Source of the DNA: a virus
IMG/VR virus record: IMGVR_UViG_3300032053_000017
Coordinates: 1 to 64,000 of that record
Reading direction: 5' to 3' (one strand)
Length of the DNA stretch: 64,000 bases
Positions 46,653 to 56,323 of the stretch are shown piece after piece. The translations under genes and the position numbers were made by a program. Every line of letters begins with the position of its first letter. The first letter of the stretch is position 1. Under the pieces are notes generated by a model. The model saw only the letters and a program-made list of their open reading frames with translations, was not told the origin of the DNA and searched no databases.

Positions 46653-48011
46653 TTGGAGATTTTCTGGACCGAGGAACGAAAGCGGGCGCTGGCCGACTGC
46701 GTGGGCACAGAACAGATGCGCGCAGCATTTCCTGACCATGACCTTCATTATCTTGTCCAGCGACGCGCGCTATTTCGAAGGCAGCTGAAGGCACGCGGCG
46801 AGACGGTGCCAGAGGGGCGCAAGAGTCGGGCGTATGTCGCCGTAGAGGGCAGAGCGGTGGTGGAAGGGTCAGTGGATCAAGACATACTGATGTTGAAGGA
46901 TCAGCGCATTGACCTGTTGACAACTGTCAACAAAACTCTTAAGGCTAAGCTGGCGCATGCCATCGGCGACAAGTCTGTGCTTGAGGCGCTGCGCTATACG
47001 TCTGATGAGGAGGCCAAACTGGTTCGCGCGAGTTTCGCCTCGTTGGGTTCCTCTGAACTGCCGATCCCAAACATCATCCACAAGCACCCTCAGGACGCGG
47101 TGCTGTTCGAGAGCTGCCTCCACTACGGTGAGGTGGTGTCGCTGGCTGAGACTGGCGGGATCAGCAGCTATGATATCCCGACGGCCCAGGCCGCGTACCA
47201 GGTCTTGACTGAGGCAACGCTGGACCTACTGCGTAATCACCATTCAGGCGAGCAGTTCGAGACGGTGTGGGTTATCGACGTGGGCGACAACGTGTCGGGC
47301 GACATCCATGATGAGTTGAAGATCACGAATGAGCGGCCTATTGTCAGTCAGGTCAAGGGGGCGGCGCTGCTGAAGTCGCTGCAGTTGCGCGATATAGCCC
47401 GGCACTTCAAGCGCGTAGTGTTCGTAGGACTGCCGGGTAACCACGCGCGGACTACGCGCAAGCCCAGCTTCAAGCAGAAGTCTGAGGACTCGTTCGACCG
47501 TGCGGTATACGAGGACATGGCGCTGCTACTGTCGCAGATCCCGAACGTTGAGATGCGCATTCCGCGGTCGTCTCGCGAGGTCGTTAACATCAACGGGCAC
47601 AACTTCATGTTTGAGCATGGGGACAGTATCCCGTCCTGGATGGGCATTCCCTTCTATGGTGCCCAGCGCGAGGACGCTAAGTTGACCAAGCTCTACACCA
47701 ACTATTTCAACCAGGGGTTCCGTTACTTTGGGTTCGGGCACTTCCATCAGGTGGGGTTCCTTCAGACGCCGGGCGGTGGTGAGATGATCATGACTGGCTC
47801 GCCGAAGGGCGGTGATGAGTTCTCGTTGGGCAGACTTTCGACTGCGTCACAGCCTTCACAGATCCTGTTTGGGGTGCATCCGACGCGTGGGGTATCATTC
47901 AGGTACCCGTTGGACTTGAGCACCCGTGATCCGGAGATACATACGGAATACCAGTTTGAGCTGTCAGACATGACTCTGCTGGAAGCCGCAAAGGGGCTTG
48001 GGTTGCTGTAG
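46653..48011 (+). CDS. Calcineurin-like metallophosphoesterase
   Basis: S.LHYG, GDNVSG.IH, GNHAR, HGD, GHFH. Confidence 0.75.
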   Translation: MEIFWTEERKRALADCVGTEQMRAAFPDHDLHYLVQRRALFRRQLKARGETVPEGRKSRAYVAVEGRAVVEGSVDQDILMLKDQRIDLLTTVNKTLKAKLAHAIGDKSVLEALRYTSDEEAKLVRASFASLGSSELPIPNIIHKHPQDAVLFESCLHYGEVVSLAETGGISSYDIPTAQAAYQVLTEATLDLLRNHHSGEQFETVWVIDVGDNVSGDIHDELKITNERPIVSQVKGAALLKSLQLRDIARHFKRVVFVGLPGNHARTTRKPSFKQKSEDSFDRAVYEDMALLLSQIPNVEMRIPRSSREVVNINGHNFMFEHGDSIPSWMGIPFYGAQREDAKLTKLYTNYFNQGFRYFGFGHFHQVGFLQTPGGGEMIMTGSPKGGDEFSLGRLSTASQPSQILFGVHPTRGVSFRYPLDLSTRDPEIHTEYQFELSDMTLLEAAKGLGLL

Positions 48012-48014
48012 ATC

Positions 48015-48317
48015 ATGGTTGAGGAGAACGCGGTACAATTTTCGCCAGAGGAACTGCTCTACTACCTCTACCTGAAGCGGCGGCGCAAGGCTGGGGAAGT
48101 TGGCTCGCGTATGACCATGGGTGATGTTGTTGTGGCGCACAACAAGCTTCGTGCTTTACTGGGTGACGGCATGACCATATCCGAGGAGGGAGATGTAAGC
48201 TCGGTGAAGAGCACGGCGGGGCCGCTACAGGTCGAGATGACTGAGGAGATGCAGGCGCTCTGTGATCTGCTTTACGTTGAGATCTCGAGCGAGCAGGGAG
48301 GGGAGGATGCCCCTTGA
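48015..48317 (+). CDS. Hypothetical protein
   Basis: ORF in operon spacing. Confidence 0.5.
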   Translation: MVEENAVQFSPEELLYYLYLKRRRKAGEVGSRMTMGDVVVAHNKLRALLGDGMTISEEGDVSSVKSTAGPLQVEMTEEMQALCDLLYVEISSEQGGEDAP

Positions 48318-48729
48318 GAATAGACTCGTACGCGCGATGACCCGTGGCCTGCAGGACTTTGGTGAGGCCGTGTTTCTCCTCTCGCAGCAGCCTGGCTACG
48401 TTCCAGTAGATAAGGGCACACTGAAGAAAAGCGGGGTTTTCAGGTTGCTGCCCAATGGTTTTGAGATCGTGTACCGCACTCCGTATGCGGCGCCAGTTCA
48501 TTTTGGGGTTCCTGAGCATGATGAGACGGTTCGACGGCATTGGGTGCGTCCTTTCAGAAGGATCAAGCCACGTTCAACGCTGGTGCACGGGCACTTCCGG
48601 GGTCCGTTTGGACGGCACATGAGCACACGGGAAGCTCGGCCCTGGCTGCAGAACGCTGTTGACAGTCTATATCCAGAGATCGGCAAATACTTGAAACGGC
48701 GACTCGTCATTGAGTTCCAAGGGCGGTAA
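48307..48729 (+). CDS. HK97 gp10-like head-tail protein
   Basis: VPVDKGTLKKS, PYA..VHFG, ARPWL..A. Confidence 0.7.
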   Translation: MPLENRLVRAMTRGLQDFGEAVFLLSQQPGYVPVDKGTLKKSGVFRLLPNGFEIVYRTPYAAPVHFGVPEHDETVRRHWVRPFRRIKPRSTLVHGHFRGPFGRHMSTREARPWLQNAVDSLYPEIGKYLKRRLVIEFQGR

Positions 48730-48946
48730 GATGGCAGCCAGGCAACGTCGATATCGTAAGGCTACAGTGTCCGCGCGGGTGCTCGCTGCTGAGCTAGCTG
48801 CCGCGGTCCGCAAGTATGTGGTGCCTGCCGAAAGTGGTCCGAGGAAAAAGACATTCAGGCGTATCAATCCGCTCAATCTGCCAGACGACGCTGGCGCAAG
48901 CTACGGCAGTAACTACGGACCTGTCTCGTAGGGGAAGGGGTAGTAC

Positions 48947-49405
48947 TTGAGACTCATCGGACTTGACTTATCGACGAAGAAGATCGCGATAGCTGTATAT
49001 GACGGCGAGGGTACCGTCCCGCGGTTCGTAGAGGTGGTTGCACGCGGCAGACACGCCACCGATAGGCTGGACGCTCTTCTGGTGAACTTCCGCAACCAAC
49101 TTGCACAGCTTAAGCCGGTGTGGGGCGCATTCATCGAGGACGTCTCGTTTGTCAGGAGTCGTCGCGCTGAGCTGGACCTGGCACAGGTCTTAGGCGGGGT
49201 GAAGGCGCACTTGATTGAGGCCGGGATCACCTACATAGCAGTCAACAACATGACCTGGAAGCATGATCTGGGACTCGGGGGGCGAGCGTCCAAGACTAAC
49301 ATCGCCGAGTACGTCAGTGAGCGTTGGCTCGGCTTGGTGGTGCCGAGTCAAGACTGTGCTGACGCGCTTTGTGTGCTTGAGTGGGGGGTTCTGCAAGATG
49401 GGTAA
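48947..49405 (+). CDS. RuvC-like Holliday junction resolvase
   Basis: IGLDLS, FIED, WK, ASK, DCADA. Confidence 0.8.
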   Translation: MRLIGLDLSTKKIAIAVYDGEGTVPRFVEVVARGRHATDRLDALLVNFRNQLAQLKPVWGAFIEDVSFVRSRRAELDLAQVLGGVKAHLIEAGITYIAVNNMTWKHDLGLGGRASKTNIAEYVSERWLGLVVPSQDCADALCVLEWGVLQDG

Positions 49406-49816
49406 GAATGCACAGAGGCGGCGGGAGGTTAAGGCCGCACGGCCTGCAGGGGTGGCGAGCGTGCTTATCCCTCTACGGGGGAGCCGGGCGCTGCGTCGGA
49501 GATTTGATCGGGTGATGCATAACGCGATTACGCGCGAGATGCGGCGTGCACAGCGTAGACACGTAGTGGAGGAGACCGATGGTGACGGCAGTAAAGCCAA
49601 AGCCCCAGACGGTCCAGACGATCAGAGTTCCGGTTGAGCTCAACAGAGTCGTAGATCGGGACCGGTTCTTCATCTTTGTCGCTGACCTGCTGACAGCTCT
49701 CGTAGATCGGCGCGAGAAGTACGCCATGCTGGCGGCCGGTAGGGGTCAGATGACTGTATTTCTAGGCGACCACGAGTACGACGTGCGCAACGCTCAGCGT
49801 CCCAAGGAGAGGTAAG

Positions 49817-50194
49817 ATGCCAGACGATGAGTCGGCCTACACTATGGAGTTCGACGAGATCCTTGCCCTTCTGAATGGCCCGCAGGAGTCATTTCCTGAA
49901 CTGCGCGGGCAGGCGGAGGCGTTGATGCTCGGCAAGTATGACGAGATGATTCATCAGGTCGCTCATCATATGCTGCTCTTGGGTATGGTAGCTCCCACCC
50001 GCTGCGACATCATGCAGCCCGTGCTGTACACGATGATCGTTTTCGGTTACATACTTGGTGCGACAGGCGCGAAACTGTCTCCTGATGAGGAGGGCGCGGA
50101 GCCGAAGCGCATCATGAGCGGTGAGGAGCTGGGCAAGCTACTGGGTGACCTTGATTTGAATCTGGAGTCAGACAGTGAGGAGAAAATAGAATGA
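49817..50194 (+). CDS. Hypothetical protein
   Basis: GAGG RBS; acidic. Confidence 0.5.
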   Translation: MPDDESAYTMEFDEILALLNGPQESFPELRGQAEALMLGKYDEMIHQVAHHMLLLGMVAPTRCDIMQPVLYTMIVFGYILGATGAKLSPDEEGAEPKRIMSGEELGKLLGDLDLNLESDSEEKIE

Positions 50195-50532
50195 CGGCTG
50201 TATACACGCCGATCGACAACCGGGTGTTGGTAGAGGTTGTCCGTCCCAGTGCGGAGACTGTCGGGGGAATCTTTATCCCTGAGTCGGCGCAGGAGATCTC
50301 GGCTGTCGGAATAGTGCTGGCGCGCGGCCCACTGGCGTACGAGGCCATCGTAGTAGGTGCTCGCGTGCTCTTTCATCCGCTCTTGGTTGATGAGGCATGG
50401 GATGAGGATGGCAGGCGGCTGGCGTTCATGCTCGATGATAACATCTACGCGGTCATAGCAGACGCCTATGATGGTACTGGGAGGATCCCTGACACACTGC
50501 CAGGAACACTGTTGAGTGATAAAGGAGAATAG
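50191..50532 (+). CDS. groES: GroES/Cpn10 co-chaperonin
   Basis: PIDNRVLV, ETVGGIFIPESA, GIVLARGP, VGARVLF. Confidence 0.85.
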   Translation: MTAVYTPIDNRVLVEVVRPSAETVGGIFIPESAQEISAVGIVLARGPLAYEAIVVGARVLFHPLLVDEAWDEDGRRLAFMLDDNIYAVIADAYDGTGRIPDTLPGTLLSDKGE

Positions 50533-50534
50533 CG

Positions 50535-50924
50535 GTGCAGGTTGAGCTGGTAACACTTCTGGGTATCTTTGCGGCGGCGTGCGCGGTCAACCAGATCTCG
50601 CACCTGATCTTGGAGGGAAGCCTGTTCGCAGGGCTGCGGCGGTGGGCGGAGCAGAAGGAGTTCGTGCGCGAGGGGCCCGGGGTGAAGGGCATAGCGCTGC
50701 GTGAGAAGAGAGGCCTCTTTTCATCATACATCCGCGGGTTGTTTGACTGTCGGCTCTGCTTCGCGCAGGAGGTCGCCGTCGCGGTGACGTGGGCGACACT
50801 CGCGCTGGCGTATTCGGTTGACCCGGGGTTGACAAGCTGGCAGGGCTGGGCGGGAGCTGCAGTCTTTGGCCCGTTCATTGTCGGTGGTGTTGACTGGATT
50901 CTCAACGCATGCAGGGAGAACTAG
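50535..50924 (+). CDS. DUF1360-like membrane protein
   Basis: TM helices, LF..LRRW, LFDCRLC. Confidence 0.55.
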   Translation: MQVELVTLLGIFAAACAVNQISHLILEGSLFAGLRRWAEQKEFVREGPGVKGIALREKRGLFSSYIRGLFDCRLCFAQEVAVAVTWATLALAYSVDPGLTSWQGWAGAAVFGPFIVGGVDWILNACREN

Positions 50925-50926
50925 TA

Positions 50927-51184
50927 GTGGACAGCGTGCCCGTCGGTTCGATAGTCGAGATAACCTGGTGCGACTCCGCGCAGCACATGCTGGAGTGGGC
51001 GACAGTTAAGGAGGCCGTGGGGTTTCCTCTAGCGACCGTCTACTCGGTCGGTTATCTTCTACTGGTGGACGACGAGAAGATCGTGCTTGCATCGGATAAA
51101 GATGGAGACGATGACGTTAAGAACTTCACTGTCATCCCGCGCGGGTGCGTGCTTATGCTTAGCGCATTGGGGGTGGCAGAGTGA
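50927..51184 (+). CDS. Conserved phage hypothetical protein
   Basis: VEITW.DS...W...SVGYL...IP.GCV pattern. Confidence 0.55.
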   Translation: MDSVPVGSIVEITWCDSAQHMLEWATVKEAVGFPLATVYSVGYLLLVDDEKIVLASDKDGDDDVKNFTVIPRGCVLMLSALGVAE

Positions 51185-51395
51185 TGGGTGTGCTGGTGAG
51201 GACCCTAGTCACGGAGACAAAGGACGGACTTGTTTCCTACGTTACTCAGGAGACGGCCGACCGTATCAAGGCTGACGGGTTTACAGTTGTCCACCCGCTG
51301 GTCCATTTCAAGATCCATGTCAACCCTTTGACAAGGGGTTTCTTATCCGTAGTGACGCCAGAAGACGTTATGGCGCTGTTCGTGAAGCCATAATA

Positions 51396-51671
51396 ATGCG
51401 GTACCTGCTGCGCATCAAGGTCGATAGTCAGCCTGTTCTGTACGTTGATACCCACGGTAAGGCGCACTGGGTTGACCTTGAGAAACTGCAAGGTTTCTGC
51501 GAACGTTTTCTTACGGCCACCATCATCGAGTCAGCTCGCCGTGGGCCGGCGACCGAACTGACAGACACGTCGGCTATAGATATGGATCTACGTTCGGTGG
51601 GACTACCTACAGATGGTTCCCGGGCCAGCGTGGTGCTGGGCTTCGGGGTGGAGGACCGTCGTGCGCTCTAG
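51396..51671 (+). CDS. Hypothetical protein
   Basis: ORF in operon spacing. Confidence 0.45.
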   Translation: MRYLLRIKVDSQPVLYVDTHGKAHWVDLEKLQGFCERFLTATIIESARRGPATELTDTSAIDMDLRSVGLPTDGSRASVVLGFGVEDRRAL

Positions 51672-51974
51672 GCTTCCCTTTATCAGACCGCTGTCGCAGG
51701 GAATCGCTGAACATGTGGGTTTGACCTGGTTTTTGAGCTTCGGGGGCATAGCGCTTGCTATCATGGGGCAGCTGCGTCTCGCCGGCTTGGCATGGTTCGG
51801 GCTGGGGGCTGGCGCGGTGGGCGTCGCCTTCGCGCGGGCGACTGGTACCGAGGACCTCAGGTTTATGAATGTGCGCCGGCATCTGGACGAGAAGGAGGTC
51901 GACTTCCTTCTTGGACATCTGCCATTTCTAGTCTTCGGGCTGCTTGCTCTGCTGCACAGGGAGGATAGGTAGAC

Positions 51975-52196
51975 ATGCCGATATATGAGTTTCGGTGCCC
52001 ATATTGCGGGCACGAGTTCGACAAACTGGTGCCTTATGGAACCGACGAGGCCCCGTGTTCAAATATCGGGATGATGGATAGTTACGGTAAACCGTGCGGG
52101 GCGTCGGCCAAGCGCGTGGAGGTGCCGTCCTCCCCGCCGGTGACTATTTTTAAGGCTGGCGGGTTCACCCGTTCAAGCAATAACGAGAAGCGGTAG
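51975..52196 (+). CDS. FmdB-family Zn-ribbon protein
   Basis: MPIYEFRCPYCGHEFD...FK.GGF. Confidence 0.8.
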   Translation: MPIYEFRCPYCGHEFDKLVPYGTDEAPCSNIGMMDSYGKPCGASAKRVEVPSSPPVTIFKAGGFTRSSNNEKR

Positions 52197-53044
52197 TGGA
52201 CTGTTCAACTTGTGGTCGCGTACGATCTAGTGGGCCTGAGGTGCAGATCATTAGAGCATGGGATGGGACTGTGACGGCGGTGTCTCGTAATCATGAGGCT
52301 ACGGAAAACGTGGTGGCCTTGACATACGCACCGAATGGGTTTAGGGAACGTGCCCGACAGCTCTTGGTCTTGTACGCTGAGAAGCACCAGTGCAATGGCA
52401 TGTTTGACGACAGGCCGTCAATACCGAGCCACTATGCTGCTCGTTGGGAGCCTCTTACCCACGCGGTGGGCCATATCGTGCCGCAAGAGTTGGCAGACCA
52501 GCTTGCTGAGTTGACACAAGAGGCTATCGAGTGGTTTCATGATCCTGCCCATGTACTGTTGGGCGACCCGACGGTGCGCGTGATCCCAGACGATGAGGTG
52601 CATACACGCATCATGGGGATGCAGTATGCCATGGATAAGGAAGTCATGCGGATCAATGGCGGTGGGCAGATCATGTCGCTGGTGAATCCCGAGACCATGG
52701 AGGGTTACGACCAGTTCATAGAGTGGTACGAGTTGAGTCTTGCGCGTCGAATGACATCACCTAGCTACAGTCTTGAGGCGCTCGGTTTCTACGCGGAGAC
52801 TGTGGAGCGCTACGACTTGACGAAGTTGCCATACGAGCAGCAGCGCGCTCTGGTGGAGCGGTGGGAGCGTGCTCACATCGACTATCTTGCCGCGCATCTA
52901 GATGTCGGATACGACGTGGACGGAGGCTATCTGCGTCAGCCATATCGGATCTTTGATCGTGAAGAACTGAAGCCGGCATCCTGGTCGGCGTACGATCCTT
53001 CACAGCAGTATACGCATTATTTCTATGACTACGATGGGAGGTAA
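52196..53044 (+). CDS. Hypothetical protein
   Basis: 282 aa ORF. Confidence 0.55.
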   Translation: MDCSTCGRVRSSGPEVQIIRAWDGTVTAVSRNHEATENVVALTYAPNGFRERARQLLVLYAEKHQCNGMFDDRPSIPSHYAARWEPLTHAVGHIVPQELADQLAELTQEAIEWFHDPAHVLLGDPTVRVIPDDEVHTRIMGMQYAMDKEVMRINGGGQIMSLVNPETMEGYDQFIEWYELSLARRMTSPSYSLEALGFYAETVERYDLTKLPYEQQRALVERWERAHIDYLAAHLDVGYDVDGGYLRQPYRIFDREELKPASWSAYDPSQQYTHYFYDYDGR

Positions 53045-53046
53045 AA

Positions 53047-53703
53047 GTGCCACGAAGTGATGAACTCGACAGTTACATAGGGAGGACCGTTCGAGCGATC
53101 AGGTTCGACGGCGCGCGTATCGAGGGCGTGCTGGAGTCGGTATCCCATCAGGATGTGGACGATATACTGGTGATCGGTCCAGATCCAATTCGGCTTGGGA
53201 AGCTTACGCAGCTGTTCGTTATCGATGACAGCAGCCCGCCAGACATCGGGTATCCTCAGATCTGGCCGGAGTCAGGTGGCACGCCTTTCATCGAGGACGT
53301 AGCTGAAGAGACCGACCAAGAGATCTACGACAAGGCCATCCAGCTCTTGGAGAGGTCTGTCATAGTGTCTATCGGACAAGAGAAGCTGAGCGGGACGCTT
53401 GAGGCGGTGAGTCCGTCGACTGCATCTGAGGGCTCTGTGCTGTATCTAGGTCTTACTGAGGGCGGGCCTACTTTGCGCATCAACCTGGTTGGGGTTACAG
53501 ACATCGAGGAGGATATAGGCCAGGGCGTGCCGCTGACGGTCACGGATTTGGAGTCGATGCTTCTCTCGGAGGATACCCCTGCCGAGGATGATCTGGACAT
53601 CGTGCTAGACCCCGAGGTTAAGGGGGCAGCGGAGGAGCCGCAGTATCCGGCCGACGCCACGGTCGATCCAGAGGACGGTGGACTGCTCGCTCCGCCGGCA
53701 TAG
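53047..53703 (+). CDS. Acidic protein with two Sm/SH3-like beta domains
   Basis: YIGRTV....DG..IEGVLESV and LLERSV...QEKLSGTLEAV repeats. Confidence 0.5.
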   Translation: MPRSDELDSYIGRTVRAIRFDGARIEGVLESVSHQDVDDILVIGPDPIRLGKLTQLFVIDDSSPPDIGYPQIWPESGGTPFIEDVAEETDQEIYDKAIQLLERSVIVSIGQEKLSGTLEAVSPSTASEGSVLYLGLTEGGPTLRINLVGVTDIEEDIGQGVPLTVTDLESMLLSEDTPAEDDLDIVLDPEVKGAAEEPQYPADATVDPEDGGLLAPPA

Positions 53704-53797
53704 GTTTCTAGACCGTAGGTTCTCTGATACGATAGCATAGAGAAACGTTTGGGACGGTTTTGACTGGTTTGCGTAGCGGGCACTGGGGGGTTCCCTG

Positions 53798-54244
53798 GTG
53801 GCTGGAAGGGACCGTCCTTTACGCGATATGGAGGGCGAGATGCCAGCACTAAGTTTGAGCAAGTGTTCACAGCTGCTTGAGGCAGCCAGTTTCGAGCCCC
53901 TGCCTGGACGTACGTCGGGCGAGTCGGTAACTGCCCTCTGTATGGCGGCCAGCATGCATAAGTCGGCGGTCGAGAACGGATTGACTGCTGAGGTTCTGCT
54001 TGAGCTACGGACCAGTCGTTTTCCCATGCTGACCAAGACGGTCGAGGGCGGCTTCAAGCACATGATCTCAGTTGACAGCGGTGCCGTCTATGCTGAGCTT
54101 TGGAGCAAGGGCGACAACTGGTACGCGGTCACGGATGCCGCGATCAACCTAGTCAAGGGGATCCGCAAGGGCATGGATGCGCGAGATGCGGTGCCTCTGT
54201 TTCTGAAGGCCGTGTTCCCTCGAAAGCGTTGCTGCGGTGGATGA
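53798..54244 (+). CDS. Hypothetical protein
   Basis: ORF; start codon uncertain. Confidence 0.5.
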   Translation: MAGRDRPLRDMEGEMPALSLSKCSQLLEAASFEPLPGRTSGESVTALCMAASMHKSAVENGLTAEVLLELRTSRFPMLTKTVEGGFKHMISVDSGAVYAELWSKGDNWYAVTDAAINLVKGIRKGMDARDAVPLFLKAVFPRKRCCGG

Positions 54245-54749
54245 GCCGGTAGTACTACTTAGCAGTGGGGTTGGCGTCTACGGTATAACGCAGGGCCTCT
54301 ATCAGTCGAGCGAGCCCATGGTGGACGCAGACTGGGACAAACTGTGGGAGCTGGCAGACGTGATCGTTGGGCTTAACGCGGCGGTAGTCAGCGAGGTGCC
54401 GACCAACAAGATGTTGGTCAAGTGGCCTATCGAGGATGGTCCGCTGCCGAACCTTGAGGTACTGCGCGGGCTGGTGGAGCTGCTGGCCGAGCTGCTAGAG
54501 AACGAGAAGCGTATCGTGGTATTCTGCGGCGCGGGTGCAAATAGGTCGGGACTGATCACAGCATTGGTCGTCCGCCAGCTAACAGGTGAGACTGGGCGCA
54601 GGGCCGCAGATCATGTGCGGACACGTCGACCGGGAGCGCTTATAAGCGGGACATTCAATATGTACCTCAACGCCTTGCCCGACCTGGAGGAAGAACTGGT
54701 AGGGGCAGGGCCTGAGACGCCCCAAGAGGGCGAGATCGAGGGGATCTAA
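54237..54749 (+). CDS. CX5R (DSP/PTP-like) phosphatase, second copy
   Basis: WPIEDG, VFCGAGANRSG, VRTRRP.A. Confidence 0.85.
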   Translation: MDEPVVLLSSGVGVYGITQGLYQSSEPMVDADWDKLWELADVIVGLNAAVVSEVPTNKMLVKWPIEDGPLPNLEVLRGLVELLAELLENEKRIVVFCGAGANRSGLITALVVRQLTGETGRRAADHVRTRRPGALISGTFNMYLNALPDLEEELVGAGPETPQEGEIEGI

Positions 54750-54907
54750 GATGATCGAGCAGAAGTCGCTGACTCCCGAGGATCTGAGTAAGCTTGAGGC
54801 CGCCAAGGTGGCTCGCGAGCAGGAGCAGGCGAAGCCACGCGGCTGGCCGCCTATCCAGGGTCCTGCCGAGCAGCAGACCGGCGATGAGCCGGCGAGGGGG
54901 TAGTACG

Positions 54908-55579
54908 ATGCCGTCAGATATGCAGAAGGCGGTCAACAAGGCGAAGGACGAGGTCGACGAGGTCGAAGAGATTGACTTCGATACTCTGTGGGGGCCAAGC
55001 AAGCCCGGTGATGGTGAGATGAGCGACAACATCTTCACTGATGAGACCAAGGACCCCGACAAGAAGTACGCCAAGGTCTACAACGTCGGCGACATCGACG
55101 TGGAAGGCGACGTGCCGGGTGTGATAAAGAAGGGTCTCTCGGTGAACGTGGCCGATGCGATCCATGACCTTCAGGAGGCGGCCGCGACTCTAGCTGAGAT
55201 CGGGGACGGGCTGGACAACGTAGGTAAGGCCGTGTCCTGCAAGGCCTGCGGTGGTAAGGTCTCGGAGGGACAGCGGAACCTCTACCGGAAAACGATGATG
55301 CGGCGCGGCTGGAAGCCGGAGGGACACAAGGCCTTCTGGTCGAAGATCTCTTCGGGCATGGACAAGGGTGGACCGGGTGGGCACCGGGCGTGCGTCGCGC
55401 GTATGGAGGGAAAGACGGATGATCCCCACTCGTACTGCGCATGGGCTGAGAACGAGGCGACTGGGAACTGGCCGTCAGAGGACCAGACCCAGGTGCAGGC
55501 TGTACGAAAGGCCCGCACGCTTGGAAGCCGCCTGGCCAAGCAGGCCCGGGCGCTGAACAGCTACCTCAAGGGGCTCTAG
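54908..55579 (+). CDS. Hypothetical protein, possibly head-associated
   Basis: CV..M....DDP..YCAW....ATG.WP motif. Confidence 0.5.
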   Translation: MPSDMQKAVNKAKDEVDEVEEIDFDTLWGPSKPGDGEMSDNIFTDETKDPDKKYAKVYNVGDIDVEGDVPGVIKKGLSVNVADAIHDLQEAAATLAEIGDGLDNVGKAVSCKACGGKVSEGQRNLYRKTMMRRGWKPEGHKAFWSKISSGMDKGGPGGHRACVARMEGKTDDPHSYCAWAENEATGNWPSEDQTQVQAVRKARTLGSRLAKQARALNSYLKGL

Positions 55580-55608
55580 TTGCCAACTGCGGTCGGTTGT
55601 GTTATAAT
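55580..55608 (+). promoter_or_regulatory. Sigma70 promoter with extended -10
   Basis: TTGCCA-N17-TATAAT, with TG preceding the -10. Confidence 0.75.
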
Positions 55609-55640
55609 GGACACAGACAGGGTATAGTACTACAGAGGAG

Positions 55641-55846
55641 GACGGGGTGTTCGACGAGTCCATAGAGACGGCCCAAGGATGGAAGGGCTTTTACCGAAGT
55701 TCAGGAATAAGCACGCCTACTGCTAATGTCCGACAGGCGTGGAGCTTCGGCTGGCTCGTTGACCCCCGTCGTGGGAAAAGCGGTGGCGCAGCGGTCGCGG
55801 AAACGACAGGCGGGTTGGCTGGGCGCAATCGGTCCAGGCGCCACCA
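55641..55846 (+). ncRNA. Candidate structured ncRNA (multi-stem, with a tRNA-like 3' module ending CCA)
   Basis: Stem 55641-60/55753-70, inner stems with a UUCG loop, GGTGGCGC/GCGCCACC-A stem; lies between a promoter and a terminator. Confidence 0.55.
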
Positions 55847-55911
55847 CATTTCAGAACTGAATAGCGATGACGGTACATAGCGTGCGGTAGAGCCTAGACG
55901 GTTTTACTGCG

Positions 55912-55938
55912 CGCCGTGTCCACCGACACGGCGTTTTT
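55912..55938 (+). terminator. Rho-independent terminator
   Basis: CGCCGTGTC-cacc-GACACGGCG-TTTTT. Confidence 0.85.
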
Positions 55939-55997
55939 GTTGTCTAGGGTTCAGGTCTCGGTGAAAGTACCGATAATACAGACGAGAGTGTATGACA

Positions 55998-56094
55998 CGG
56001 GTGCGGGCAGGCATGGTGTAAAGCGAAGCACGCCGAGTCGGGGATCCCAACGACGCGGAGGCTGCTGGGCATACGGGTCCAGGCTGCCGGCTCG
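55998..56094 (+). ncRNA. Degenerate tRNA-like RNA
   Basis: Closing stem, D-arm-like TGGTGTAA..AGCAC, long central arm, CTGGGC/GTCCAG arm. Confidence 0.4.
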
Positions 56095-56106
56095 ATATAA
56101 CAACAC

Positions 56107-56194
56107 GGACGGTTGGCCGAGCGGACTATGGCGCCGCGGTGCTAACGCGGAGGTCCTTCGGGGCCCGGGAGTTCGAATCTCTCACCGTCCGCCA
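56107..56194 (+). tRNA. tRNA-Ser(GCT)
   Basis: Cloverleaf, long V arm, CCA. Confidence 0.9.
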
Positions 56195-56201
56195 ATTTTA
56201 A

Positions 56202-56300
56202 CGGGGAGTGGTGTAACAGGGCACACTGGTCTTTGTAGGGCCAGAGGAGATGGGTAAAACGTCTGGGGCAACCCAGGGACCGGCCCATCCTTCCCCGCCA
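56202..56300 (+). ncRNA. tRNA-like RNA whose T-loop is replaced by an inserted hairpin
   Basis: CGGGGAG/TTCCCCG-CCA acceptor, GTGT/GCAC D arm, CTGGTC/GGCCAG anticodon arm; no TTCGA. Confidence 0.55.
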
Positions 56301-56323
56301 TATAGGTGAGAGGAACGATCAAG

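Noticed and set aside
55641-55846. tmRNA
   Set aside because: No GGGG 5' end, G3:U70 acceptor, TTCGA arm or Ala-rich tag ORF.
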